In this document: positions 9,708 to 18,663 of the stretch, one piece after another | How the letters are laid out: every line of letters begins with the position of its first letter | Position numbering within the stretch: the first letter of the stretch is position 1 | Translations under genes and position numbers: made by a program | NCBI GenBank assembly: GCA_964474455.1 | Contig: CAYYSU010000010.1 | Coordinates: 518 to 64,517, forward strand | DNA from: an uncultured Bacteroidales bacterium | GTDB taxonomy: Bacteria > Bacteroidota > Bacteroidia > Bacteroidales > BM520 | Direction: 5' to 3' | Length of the DNA: 64,000 bases | The notes under the pieces: generated by a model | What the model saw: only the letters and a program-made list of their open reading frames with translations | Told to the model about the DNA's origin: nothing | Database searches by the model: none

Positions 9708-10217
9708 TTATGTGTTAATTTTATCCTGTATATACTTCCTGTATCTCGCCTCAATTTTACGAAAGATCGGTATAAGAAGATAATATAATGCGACTCCCAG
9801 CGGTATGGCTATTATGGCCCAGAATGCTGTTCCGATAAGCATGCTTTTGCCGAATTGAAGTAGTCCGTTTGTCCAGCTTTCGCTGAATAGCTGCCTGAGA
9901 TCTTCCAGGTTTAAAGGAAAGTGTTCTATGCCAAAAAGCCATTCTCCGGTGCGGATGTTAGGAATAATTAAAAGTAGCTGTGCCGGAAATACAATGTAGT
10001 TTGCAGCTTGTATTGCCCCCTGATTTAATCTTAGCAGCGATGCCACGACGATACATATTAGTGTTGTTAATCCATATAGAGGCGACAGACCTATCATGGA
10101 GCCTATGGCTACTGTCAAAGCGAGTTTTTTTGGTGTGAGCCCCTGTTTAAGAAACATTAGCACAGGCCTTACAAACCTGTTGTAATACCACTTTTGTTCC
10201 CTCTCTTTTCTAATCAT
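9708..10217 (-). CDS. DUF2062-family membrane protein
   Basis: The 169-aa ORF contains LTPKKLALTVAIGSMIGLSPLYGLTTLICIVVASLLRLN, the typical DUF2062 core. It overlaps the upstream MFS gene by 8 nt. Confidence 0.7.
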   Translation of the reverse strand: MIRKEREQKWYYNRFVRPVLMFLKQGLTPKKLALTVAIGSMIGLSPLYGLTTLICIVVASLLRLNQGAIQAANYIVFPAQLLLIIPNIRTGEWLFGIEHFPLNLEDLRQLFSESWTNGLLQFGKSMLIGTAFWAIIAIPLGVALYYLLIPIFRKIEARYRKYIQDKINT

Positions 10218-11400
10218 CGATTATTTTCTGTTTTTTCCTTTCGGGGATGAAAAATATGAATAATAACGATATTATGGATAATCCTGTTGCAACGTAAAAC
10301 ATTTTTTCCAATCCCATGAAGTCTGCCAGCATTCCGGAGAGAAATACGGCCAGTGAGCTCATGGTGAAGTTCAGTGTCATATATATGCCATTTATGAAGG
10401 CAGGATGATTGGTTTCGGTATCCTGTACCATGGCTAGTAGTACTGGAGTGCTGCCGAAAATAAGCAATCCGGTACAAATCAGGAATACTATACTCATCGC
10501 ACCGGAAGATTGTAAGAACGCAAACATGGCTATTGGGGTGGATATTGCCATGATGGCGAGGGCTTTTTTGCGCCCAATCTTATCCGATGCTGTTCCTGCC
10601 ACTAATGTTCCCGCCGCGCCGGCAAGCTGGAAGATAGAGAGCGATATTCCCGCAGACCACAGTGAACCGCCTTCTCCTGTGAGGAAAGTGGGCAAAAAAG
10701 TACTCATACTCGACTTCAATAGTGCACGGAAGAACATATATCCGGTAATCACTGCAAAGAAAGGAAGGAGTTTTTTCAGTGCCTTCCACGGATGTGTCGG
10801 TGATTCAATGCGTTTCACATCGTCGCGAACCTTTACATTATGCAACCGCCACCATAATAACAACGATGCCAGCAGTCCAAAAGGAATAAGCTTCCACGTG
10901 CCTTCGAGCCCCCAGATAGTTACTGCACCAAGGATTGTCAGTGGTCCCAGGGTACGTGCAATCTCGCCTCCCATCATGTAAAAGCTCATCCCTTTACCTG
11001 TCTGTAAGCCGGATAATTTCTTTACCATTACAGGGGATGGAACATGATACAATGCGCCGCTGGTGCCGGCCACTAACAGCAGTATGGCAAGAACAAAGTA
11101 GGAGGGAGCCACGCCAATGAGGCTCATGGCTACGGCAGTAATAGCCGGACATAAAATCACCAGGTATCGCATCTGAATCTTATCTGCCAGCAAACCAATA
11201 AAAGGATTCATAAGATTGGGTAAGCGCTGAAATAACGAGAGCATCCCCGCAAGGGTATAGTTAATGCTCATCTTCTCTATTATCAGTGGTAATACAGGCG
11301 CCAGAAACGATCCGTACACGTCATGTATAAGATGTGACAGAGAAAGAAGAGTGATATTACCTGTTTGAAACTTTTCGGGACTCTTTTTCATTGTCGGCAA
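10210..11400 (-). CDS. MFS transporter
   Basis: The 396-aa ORF has about 12 hydrophobic segments and an MFS-like loop motif (GLLADKIQMRY; ASDKIGRKK). Confidence 0.8.
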   Translation of the reverse strand: MPTMKKSPEKFQTGNITLLSLSHLIHDVYGSFLAPVLPLIIEKMSINYTLAGMLSLFQRLPNLMNPFIGLLADKIQMRYLVILCPAITAVAMSLIGVAPSYFVLAILLLVAGTSGALYHVPSPVMVKKLSGLQTGKGMSFYMMGGEIARTLGPLTILGAVTIWGLEGTWKLIPFGLLASLLLWWRLHNVKVRDDVKRIESPTHPWKALKKLLPFFAVITGYMFFRALLKSSMSTFLPTFLTGEGGSLWSAGISLSIFQLAGAAGTLVAGTASDKIGRKKALAIMAISTPIAMFAFLQSSGAMSIVFLICTGLLIFGSTPVLLAMVQDTETNHPAFINGIYMTLNFTMSSLAVFLSGMLADFMGLEKMFYVATGLSIISLLFIFFIPERKKQKIIDD

Positions 11401-11438
11401 AGGTACAAAAGTGTTCTTTCTTTAAGTAAATAATGAAC

Positions 11439-11446
11439 TATATTTG
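11439..11446 (+). promoter_or_regulatory. Candidate -7 promoter box TATATTTG
   Basis: It matches TAnnTTTG and lies 18 nt upstream of the ATG at 11464. Confidence 0.45.
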
Positions 11447-11463
11447 CAGCCTTAAATAGTCGA

Positions 11464-12750
11464 ATGAAAATAGTGTCATTATCCCAACTAAACGCAGCAG
11501 AACAAAAGACCTTTAAGTTGCATACGGCATACTCTTTAATCGAGGGTGTGGTGCTGGGTGTATTGGCGTTGAATGAGTTTGTCTTTATTAAAAGTCTTAA
11601 CGGATCGCCTTACCAGCTTAGCTTTCTGTTTCAGTTTAGCATGGTGGTATTCGTTTTTCTTATTTTTATAAATGAATTTGTACGACGCACAAAGCTAAAG
11701 CGCAGGATGCTTCGTAGAGTGGGTCTGCTCACTCGTCTGCCACTTATAGGCCTGCTCTTTTTCCCTCGGATCCCGGCGGCATACGACGGTGATAGTATAT
11801 ACCATTACATCTTTTTAGCCATATTTTTGATCTATTACCTAGCTGCTCCAATAGTCAATCCCACCATCAACCTGTTTCTGAAAAATGCTTACCGGCACAA
11901 GAACTTCTCTCGGCTGTACTCTGTAAGTACATCATTGAATAAAATCGTAATGCTGGTGGTGACCTTTTCCTACGGGTTATTGCTTGATAATGACCCGTAT
12001 GCCTTTACCTACGTTTTCCCTGTGGTAGCAGTGTTGGGAATACTATCTATCTTCATCTTCTCACGTATTCCATATCGTCTGCCCGACAATATGGGTGAGC
12101 CGGAGCCCTTTATGAAATCTGTGAGTAGTTCCATGAAGAGGATGCTATCTATAGTATGGAAAAATAAACCTTTTCTGCATTTCGAGGCCGCCTTTATGTT
12201 TTATGGCTTTGCTTTTATGTCGACAGTTTCGGTGATATTTATATATTTTGAGGAGGCTCTGCACCTGAATTATTCCAGTGTAGCGTTTTATCGCAATGCT
12301 TATAATATTGGAGCAATTGTATTGTTGCCAATTGCCGGCCGGCTGCTGAGTTCTGTGGACCCGCGGAAGTTTAGTGTCATTACCTTCGGATCCATGTTTA
12401 CATATATCGGATTTCTTGTGTTAACGGATTTTTTCCCTGGCAACTTTGAGTTTATGGGAATCACTGTGTTTTATATGTTGATTGGATATATCCTGTTTCA
12501 TGCTGTTTTTGCCTCTACAATGCCACTGTTATGGAATATTGGTTCAGCATATTATTGTGCTGATGAGGATGCCGGCGATTATCAGGCGGTACATCTGTGG
12601 CTGACAGGAATCAGATCTGTGTTTGCTCCTGCAGTAGGTATTGTCTTTTACCAGCAGTTTGGATTTATTGCAACATTCATTATCGGGATGGCGTCGTTGT
12701 TTATTGCAATTATAATCAGTATGTGGTCATACTACACTTCGTCTCGTTGA
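11464..12750 (+). CDS. Polytopic membrane transporter, MFS-like
   Basis: The 428-aa ORF has about 12 hydrophobic segments. It is transcribed divergently from the other MFS gene. Confidence 0.65.
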   Translation: MKIVSLSQLNAAEQKTFKLHTAYSLIEGVVLGVLALNEFVFIKSLNGSPYQLSFLFQFSMVVFVFLIFINEFVRRTKLKRRMLRRVGLLTRLPLIGLLFFPRIPAAYDGDSIYHYIFLAIFLIYYLAAPIVNPTINLFLKNAYRHKNFSRLYSVSTSLNKIVMLVVTFSYGLLLDNDPYAFTYVFPVVAVLGILSIFIFSRIPYRLPDNMGEPEPFMKSVSSSMKRMLSIVWKNKPFLHFEAAFMFYGFAFMSTVSVIFIYFEEALHLNYSSVAFYRNAYNIGAIVLLPIAGRLLSSVDPRKFSVITFGSMFTYIGFLVLTDFFPGNFEFMGITVFYMLIGYILFHAVFASTMPLLWNIGSAYYCADEDAGDYQAVHLWLTGIRSVFAPAVGIVFYQQFGFIATFIIGMASLFIAIIISMWSYYTSSR

Positions 12751-12781
12751 TGGTTGGATCATCAATTTCGATAAAAACAGA

Positions 12782-13510
12782 TTATTTAAACCTCTTTTGG
12801 AGCTCTCTTTTAATCTTTTCTGCGTAGCTGTTGTCGGGTGTGAATACCGTGATTTCGTAATGATTTCCCTCATCATCATTACCCAGATACCTTATTACAG
12901 GATCCTTGCTCAGCGAACTCCATGGTTGGCGCAGAATAAACTGCTTTATATCTGCTGCTTGTGTTTTTGGAGGAGTTTCCCCGTTAATGGAGATTGCAAA
13001 TTTGAAGCTCTGTGACTGCTCTGTGTTTTGATGCCTAATAATTCTCTTTCCTGATATGGCGGTATATGGTATTAACTCAATATCTCCCGAGGCATTTTTT
13101 AGTTCAATATATCTGGATTTGAACGATATCACCTTGCCTGAGACATTTTCATATTCAATGCTCTCCCCAATGGAGATTTCGTTTCCTGTTCTGAATATAA
13201 AAGCAGCAACGTAATCGCGGAGACGATACCACGTGTACCAAATAATAGCTGACAACGCTATTGTAAAGACCAGGATGCCCAGGAGTTTATGATGGTTATA
13301 AAAAACTGGTATTGATTCGTAAAAAACCCACAACCAAAATAATACTTCCAGGATTGGAATTCCAATACCAATAATCCTTTTTGATAGTTCTTTTTTCATC
13401 ATCAAAGGAAGATATTTCTTTATAATCCTTAGAATGACGTATCCTGTCAAGGTGAAAATTAGTAGCCAAAAAAGGTTACCCTGTGTTATTTCGTGAATGG
13501 TAATTTCCAT
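12782..13510 (-). CDS. Small mechanosensitive-channel (MscS)-family membrane protein
   Basis: The 242-aa ORF has three N-terminal TM segments. These are followed by an MscS-like beta-domain (ISIGESIEYENVSGKVISFKSRYIELKNASGDIELIPYTAI) and a C-terminal alpha/beta region. Its ATG (13510) lies 1 nt from the stop of the giant gene (13512). Confidence 0.6.
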   Translation of the reverse strand: MEITIHEITQGNLFWLLIFTLTGYVILRIIKKYLPLMMKKELSKRIIGIGIPILEVLFWLWVFYESIPVFYNHHKLLGILVFTIALSAIIWYTWYRLRDYVAAFIFRTGNEISIGESIEYENVSGKVISFKSRYIELKNASGDIELIPYTAISGKRIIRHQNTEQSQSFKFAISINGETPPKTQAADIKQFILRQPWSSLSKDPVIRYLGNDDEGNHYEITVFTPDNSYAEKIKRELQKRFK

Positions 13511-13511
13511 A

Positions 13512-14500
13512 TTACAAGAGTTCAGCTTTTTTTAATCTTTCAACAATAAACCTGTATAGCACAGGATTTATTTCGTATATGCCTGAATCGTTAACATTTA
13601 CCAGGTCTTTGCGATTTAGAGTTTCCAGGACATTTGCAGCTTCTTCTTTCTTTATCTGCATAATACGCGACAACTTCTCTGCTGTTGCCTGGCGGTGGAT
13701 GATAAGTTGTACCAGTGAGAAAAGTGCTGTCTCTTCGAGTTTCTCAATAGGAATATCTTCGGGTATCGAGGGGTTTTTCATCTCCAGAATATTACCATTT
13801 ATATTTTGGATGTTGGAGATCCATGATGCCAAAGCAATACCAATATTTCCATTGCTAAAGTTGAAATATCGTGAGAATAAACGAGCAAAATGCCATGGTC
13901 TGAAGTTGTTCTCATGCCTGCCGTTGAGGCTGAATTTAATGCCTCCCGCACGATGGCGCCGCATAACGATTGTCTCTATTTGTCTGGTATCAAAAGGCAT
14001 AAGACGTATCTCTCCCGAAAAGACTTCATCAATAGTCGATACCTTTCTCATGATATTGTAGCTCACAGTTCCTGTATTTGCAATAAAAAGTATCTTTTCT
14101 GCATATTTTTCGATCACCCTTTTTATGATTTCAAGTACTTGGTTTCCACCTTCAGTTCTGATCCACCATAATTCTATATTGTCAAAAATGATAATACTGT
14201 TTATCGGTAAAGTCTTAAGAGCTTCGTCCCAGGATTTGTTTTCTGATTCCAGGCTATCTGCAAGCGTGGCGTAGAATGATTTTTTTGATATGGAGCCTCC
14301 CACAGGTGGTGTAACCATAAATATTGGTGCCGAATCGGAGTGTATGGCTGCCACATGTTCACAGAAATATGTGTTTCCCGAAAATTGTTCTCCCGTGACA
14401 AGGATAGCTCCTGTTCGACGTTGTTTATATCGATTATGAAATATCTCAAAGTCGTGGATCTCCTTCTCCCTTCCAATCCAGAATTCCGGAGCATATTGCT
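13512..14500 (-). other. Domain segment: Arch_ATPase/ATPase_2-like NTPase with degenerate Walker motifs, followed by a winged-helix-like tail
   Basis: FWIGREKEIHDF precedes a P-loop-like GEQFSGNT (14370..14393). The Walker B-like motif is IIIFDNIELWW (14163..14195). The C-terminal sequence is LSRIMQIKKEEAANVLETLNRKDLVNV. Confidence 0.55.
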
Positions 14501-17500
14501 GTTTACGCATGAAAAGCTGACGATAGTAAAATGGTATTTCTGATATTGGAATAACATTTCCCATCTGTGCTGTAATACGTGCGAGGCTTTCACTTTTCTT
14601 TTCCGCGTTGTTGGCACTTATAAGCCTGTTATGTAACAATACTCCCCGGCTTTGACGATACCACAGGTTGGTAAGAAATTCTCTTGTGCCACACTTCACT
14701 GTTTTTATGGTGCGTGTAAACACATTATTTATTTCCTCGCGTTCCCGGTTTCTGATGTAGTGTTTTAAGTTCCCTGCTGTACGTAGAAAAGGCTGTAGGC
14801 TGAGACGTCCGGAGAAGATCTCCAGAATGCGATTTATCTCTGCCTTTATCACCTCTTTTTGCTCCTCAAGAATTTTTATTTCACTCTCCAGAATGTCAAT
14901 ATGTGAATTGATAAACTCCTGCTTCTCGTTTTCCGAAAATCCGGAAACTGAAAGCCTCGTGATGATATCATGCTCTTTCAGTATCGATTCTCCGTATATC
15001 TTCATGAAGTGGTTGAGGCTTTTCCTGACCTTTACAGTAAATTCCTGTTGGAACATATGATCAAGTAATTGCTGGCTCTTTACCTCCATGGTCTCAGGTT
15101 CCTCGAAGATTCTTTCACTGATCTCATTCATAAAGCCATCTGAGAGCACATAGAATGTCTCAGGGAAACGTAGAATTTTTCTTTGTAAACGATTGAATGC
15201 GTGGGTGATTTTTGTTTTTGACTCATTTCTGATCTCTTCGTTTTCAATCACTTCACTCAGCTTTTGAATTGAGACATCTCCCTCTTGAAGAATTTTTATA
15301 ACAGCCTTGTGTTTTGCTGAAATATCCTTCTCAATGAGGTTGTCAATAGCATCTGTGATTTCATGGCTGCTGCTCTCCAGTGTGGTGCCTATGAGCATGA
15401 GGTTTAGCTCTAAATACATACTGTTAAACAGATGATTTTGATTCTGCTCCCAGTTGGATATGCGTTCCTCAGTGCCATTGATATACTCTGAAAGTTGCCG
15501 CTCAAAAGTTGATAATTTCTGCTGCTGCTTTTGCTGAACAGGTTGGTTTAAAAGTATAGATATGCTTTTGTTTACACTGTGTAAATACTGATCTGCGTTT
15601 CTTACAAACCTCTTAATTTTTTCATTATTATCATTGACACCTTTGCTTATGATGGAAGTAACTTCATTAATAGCCTCTATCTGGGTATGAAGATGATTTG
15701 GATCTGCATTATTAAATGAGATATAACTCTTTATTAGTGTATCATGTAACTGCTCTATTGATACATAGTTAGCAATTATTAGATGTATAACATTTTTTTC
15801 ATTTTCAGATAGTAAATTAGCCAGACCTGGTATTATTTCTCTATTGAGAATTCTCTGAACAGGGATACTCTTCGATTTTCCTTTTCCTTTATTCTGAATA
15901 TACTTCTCTAGTTTTATGCGATATGCTTTGGACGCATCGATATCATATTCTGTTTGGGTTATTGATTCTTTTCCCAGGGTTATTTCAAGGCGGTTTGGTG
16001 CTTCCTTCACAATTTGTTGCAGCTCTCCGGCAACCTTCTCAGGAGTGTTGATAATCATAGCGTTAACAGCTGGTATAGTCTCTTTTTCCAGCCTGCCGTA
16101 ATGACCTCTAAGGTTAAGGATTAATTTCCTGTATGCTGCACGCCTCACTGTGATCGCTGATCGCTCGGTGCTCTGAGTTTCATCAGTTTGCGATAAAGCT
16201 ATTTTACAATCGTTAAGGATGTCATGATAGACTTTATCGAAATGTGTTGCCACTGTGGCGAAATCATTGCCATAGCTCTCCATAGTTTTTTTTATGGATA
16301 GCAAAGCTGGTGTACATGCCGATCTTATTTCTGGATGGATTAATTCAGGAATCTCTTCCTTTCTGGTTTGATGGAATGCCTTCAACTGAGCCGGCATACC
16401 TTTTTGGTAACTAAGGTTCAGTTTTTCAAACTCTGAGGATGATTTTACCAGTAAAACGGATCCCAGGTCTCTGCAAAGAATATTTGTGGCATCAATAAAT
16501 GCTTCACTTTTGCTTTTTGAGAAATCAGGAATACCCAAAATAATCAGATCTGCTTCCCTGGACTCTTTGAGAATAATTTCATGGTGCGGCTTCTTCTCAA
16601 AATGATTGTTTAATACTGAAATCTCTCCATCAATACGAACCTTATCGAGAAGGTTTGATACCGAGCGATATATGGTTTTTGCGTCGTCGTTGGAATCATT
16701 TAATACAAAGATTCTGAGGGTGCTTTTAGCCCATATATCCGTATACCAAAGGAATCTTACCACATAGAGCGGCAATACTCCATTCATATCTGATGGCGTA
16801 ACATATAGGTCGATTTTTTTATGTTTTCCAAAGCCTTTATTATTATCGTAATCAAGCATCATTACGTTTAGGTCAAGCTTATATAGGTTATCGAGCATTT
16901 GTACAAAGCGCTCCGGGTTTTTGCTTTGTCGTGCCCAGCCCATCAACACAGTGTTGGGTTCAATACCACTAAAGCCATATGTCTTGGCAATGGTTTCGAT
17001 ACCTTCATAAATATCTGTGCAGACATGATTTCTGGTGAAAATGCCTTTTTTTTCTGTGGACTTCACGTCATAATCTCTTGTTGGAACTATTGACTGCTTT
17101 TTAGTTTTTTCCGAGAGGTCGAAATTGCTGAGGAATCCATGTTTTCCTGATAGCCATTGTCCAAAATCAACAAGATAGGGACGCGCTGCGGTGCCTCCAC
17201 TGAAGAGAATGATATTGGGACGCCAGTTACGTTCTTCCAATCGCCGTCTGTTGACTCTGGCGAGTGCGCTTTTGGTTAGCGTGTTCCATACGCTGGTCCA
17301 CACATCTCCAAATTCGGATTTTAGCTTTTGGCGCCTGAGAAAAAGGTATATTATGGCGATAATTATTATTGCTGCCATCATAGTCAGTGGGTCAAGCTCA
17401 TACATTACGGCGAAGCAGGCTATAAAACCTACTATCCCGAACCATCGGTTTACTTTAAACGATGGTCGGAAATCTGTCGATGCCCAATTTTCAAGCGTAA

Positions 17501-18593
17501 AAGCAAGGTTAATAAAGCCATAAGCTGCGATGTAGAACATGGATACCACTCCTGCAATGACGTTCAGCTCACCGATGAGTATTCCGGCTTCAGCAATTAG
17601 GAATGTTAGAATCAATGCGTTGCGGGGCTCATTTCCCTTTCCATAGCCTTTTGCAAAAATACGAGGCCCAATCTTATCCATAGATATGGCCTGCATAATA
17701 CGTGGTGCTCCCAGGATTCCTCCTAAAGCAGAACTTAAGGTGGCACCCCAGATTCCTGCTATTACCAAGGGCGAAAACCAGGCGATTTTTAATATGAAAT
17801 CCGTGTCGTTAACAAGCATGTCGCGGCGGACAAATACTGCAAAGAGAATTGCCATAGCAATATATACCACCAGCCCGACACCTATTGCCAACATGGTGCC
17901 TTTGGGAATGGAGCTTTTAGGATTCTTCAAGTCACCCGACATGGCGACGCCGGCAGTAAAACCTGTGGCAGCGGGGAAGAAAATTCCGAAGATTATAGCA
18001 AGAGGCTTCCCACCTTCTATGGGATCCATTGCGGTGTGCTGAGGATGATAGTCTATGTTTAGGAATAACCCAACAACAATACTGATGATGGACAAGGCCA
18101 TGGCTCCAAGGATAAAGAATTGAGTCTTTATTACTACCGAGGTGCTGATAAAAGCTAATATTACCAGTGCTACAATCACTACACTACCAACGATCCTATA
18201 ACCATTAACCCCGGGAGGCAGATTCAGAAATTCCGCGATGCTGTCAAGTGCCAGGAAAGACTCAGCAAATCCGATTATGTAAAGAGAGATGCTGAGAGCT
18301 GTTCCCACAAAAATAGTGAGGCCAATGGCTCCTCCGGCAGGAAGCCCCAGGCTGCGCGAAAGCATATAATAGATGCCTCCGGTACGGATTTTTTTATCCG
18401 TAGCAATACTGGAGATACTCAACCCGGTAGTGATACTGATGATATGAGCTATAAAGATAATCGCCAGAGTATAAATGAGGCCTGCCTGACCTACAACCCA
18501 ACCCAGACGCATATACATGATAACACCCAGAATGGTTAATATGGAAGGAGTGAAGACTCCTGCGAATGTCCCGAATTTCTTTGTCTTACCCAT
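13512..18593 (-). CDS. Giant fusion protein: SLC12/CCC-family cation-chloride cotransporter, a long helical region, and an Arch_ATPase (Orc1/Cdc6-like) NTPase-like domain with a winged helix
   Basis: This is a single uninterrupted 1693-aa ORF. The N-terminus, FGTFAGVFTPSILTILGVIMYMRLGWVVGQAGL, is the CCC (TC 2.A.30) signature. The CCC cytoplasmic domain is marked by NWRPNIILFSGG and NTVLMGWARQ. The C-terminus has FWIGREKE...ILVTGEQFSGNTYF...IIIFDNIELWW and an HTH-like tail. Confidence 0.85.
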   Translation of the reverse strand: MGKTKKFGTFAGVFTPSILTILGVIMYMRLGWVVGQAGLIYTLAIIFIAHIISITTGLSISSIATDKKIRTGGIYYMLSRSLGLPAGGAIGLTIFVGTALSISLYIIGFAESFLALDSIAEFLNLPPGVNGYRIVGSVVIVALVILAFISTSVVIKTQFFILGAMALSIISIVVGLFLNIDYHPQHTAMDPIEGGKPLAIIFGIFFPAATGFTAGVAMSGDLKNPKSSIPKGTMLAIGVGLVVYIAMAILFAVFVRRDMLVNDTDFILKIAWFSPLVIAGIWGATLSSALGGILGAPRIMQAISMDKIGPRIFAKGYGKGNEPRNALILTFLIAEAGILIGELNVIAGVVSMFYIAAYGFINLAFTLENWASTDFRPSFKVNRWFGIVGFIACFAVMYELDPLTMMAAIIIIAIIYLFLRRQKLKSEFGDVWTSVWNTLTKSALARVNRRRLEERNWRPNIILFSGGTAARPYLVDFGQWLSGKHGFLSNFDLSEKTKKQSIVPTRDYDVKSTEKKGIFTRNHVCTDIYEGIETIAKTYGFSGIEPNTVLMGWARQSKNPERFVQMLDNLYKLDLNVMMLDYDNNKGFGKHKKIDLYVTPSDMNGVLPLYVVRFLWYTDIWAKSTLRIFVLNDSNDDAKTIYRSVSNLLDKVRIDGEISVLNNHFEKKPHHEIILKESREADLIILGIPDFSKSKSEAFIDATNILCRDLGSVLLVKSSSEFEKLNLSYQKGMPAQLKAFHQTRKEEIPELIHPEIRSACTPALLSIKKTMESYGNDFATVATHFDKVYHDILNDCKIALSQTDETQSTERSAITVRRAAYRKLILNLRGHYGRLEKETIPAVNAMIINTPEKVAGELQQIVKEAPNRLEITLGKESITQTEYDIDASKAYRIKLEKYIQNKGKGKSKSIPVQRILNREIIPGLANLLSENEKNVIHLIIANYVSIEQLHDTLIKSYISFNNADPNHLHTQIEAINEVTSIISKGVNDNNEKIKRFVRNADQYLHSVNKSISILLNQPVQQKQQQKLSTFERQLSEYINGTEERISNWEQNQNHLFNSMYLELNLMLIGTTLESSSHEITDAIDNLIEKDISAKHKAVIKILQEGDVSIQKLSEVIENEEIRNESKTKITHAFNRLQRKILRFPETFYVLSDGFMNEISERIFEEPETMEVKSQQLLDHMFQQEFTVKVRKSLNHFMKIYGESILKEHDIITRLSVSGFSENEKQEFINSHIDILESEIKILEEQKEVIKAEINRILEIFSGRLSLQPFLRTAGNLKHYIRNREREEINNVFTRTIKTVKCGTREFLTNLWYRQSRGVLLHNRLISANNAEKKSESLARITAQMGNVIPISEIPFYYRQLFMRKQQYAPEFWIGREKEIHDFEIFHNRYKQRRTGAILVTGEQFSGNTYFCEHVAAIHSDSAPIFMVTPPVGGSISKKSFYATLADSLESENKSWDEALKTLPINSIIIFDNIELWWIRTEGGNQVLEIIKRVIEKYAEKILFIANTGTVSYNIMRKVSTIDEVFSGEIRLMPFDTRQIETIVMRRHRAGGIKFSLNGRHENNFRPWHFARLFSRYFNFSNGNIGIALASWISNIQNINGNILEMKNPSIPEDIPIEKLEETALFSLVQLIIHRQATAEKLSRIMQIKKEEAANVLETLNRKDLVNVNDSGIYEINPVLYRFIVERLKKAELL
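14501..16409 (-). other. Domain segment: about 630-aa helical/coiled-coil-like linker with no family I recognise
   Basis: The composition is rich in E/K/Q/I/L/N with heptad-like stretches (for example ILESEIKILEEQKEVIKAEINRILEIF). There are no TM segments and no recognisable catalytic motifs. Confidence 0.5.
16410..17259 (-). other. Domain segment: SLC12-type cytoplasmic C-terminal domain (about residues 445-730)
   Basis: Motifs are NWRPNIILFSGGTAARPYL, EPNTVLMGWARQ, LRIFVLNDSNDD and ADLIILGIPDF. The boundaries are approximate. Confidence 0.65.
17260..18593 (-). other. Domain segment: APC-superfamily/SLC12 transmembrane transporter core (about residues 1-445)
   Basis: There are about 12 hydrophobic segments plus the CCC N-terminal signature. 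The boundaries are approximate. Confidence 0.75.
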
Positions 18594-18663
18594 GGTTAGA
18601 TTATCTTTTTTGTAAAGATAAGAAATGTTTTATTTCATAGTTGCTTCGATGAATGCATCATGG

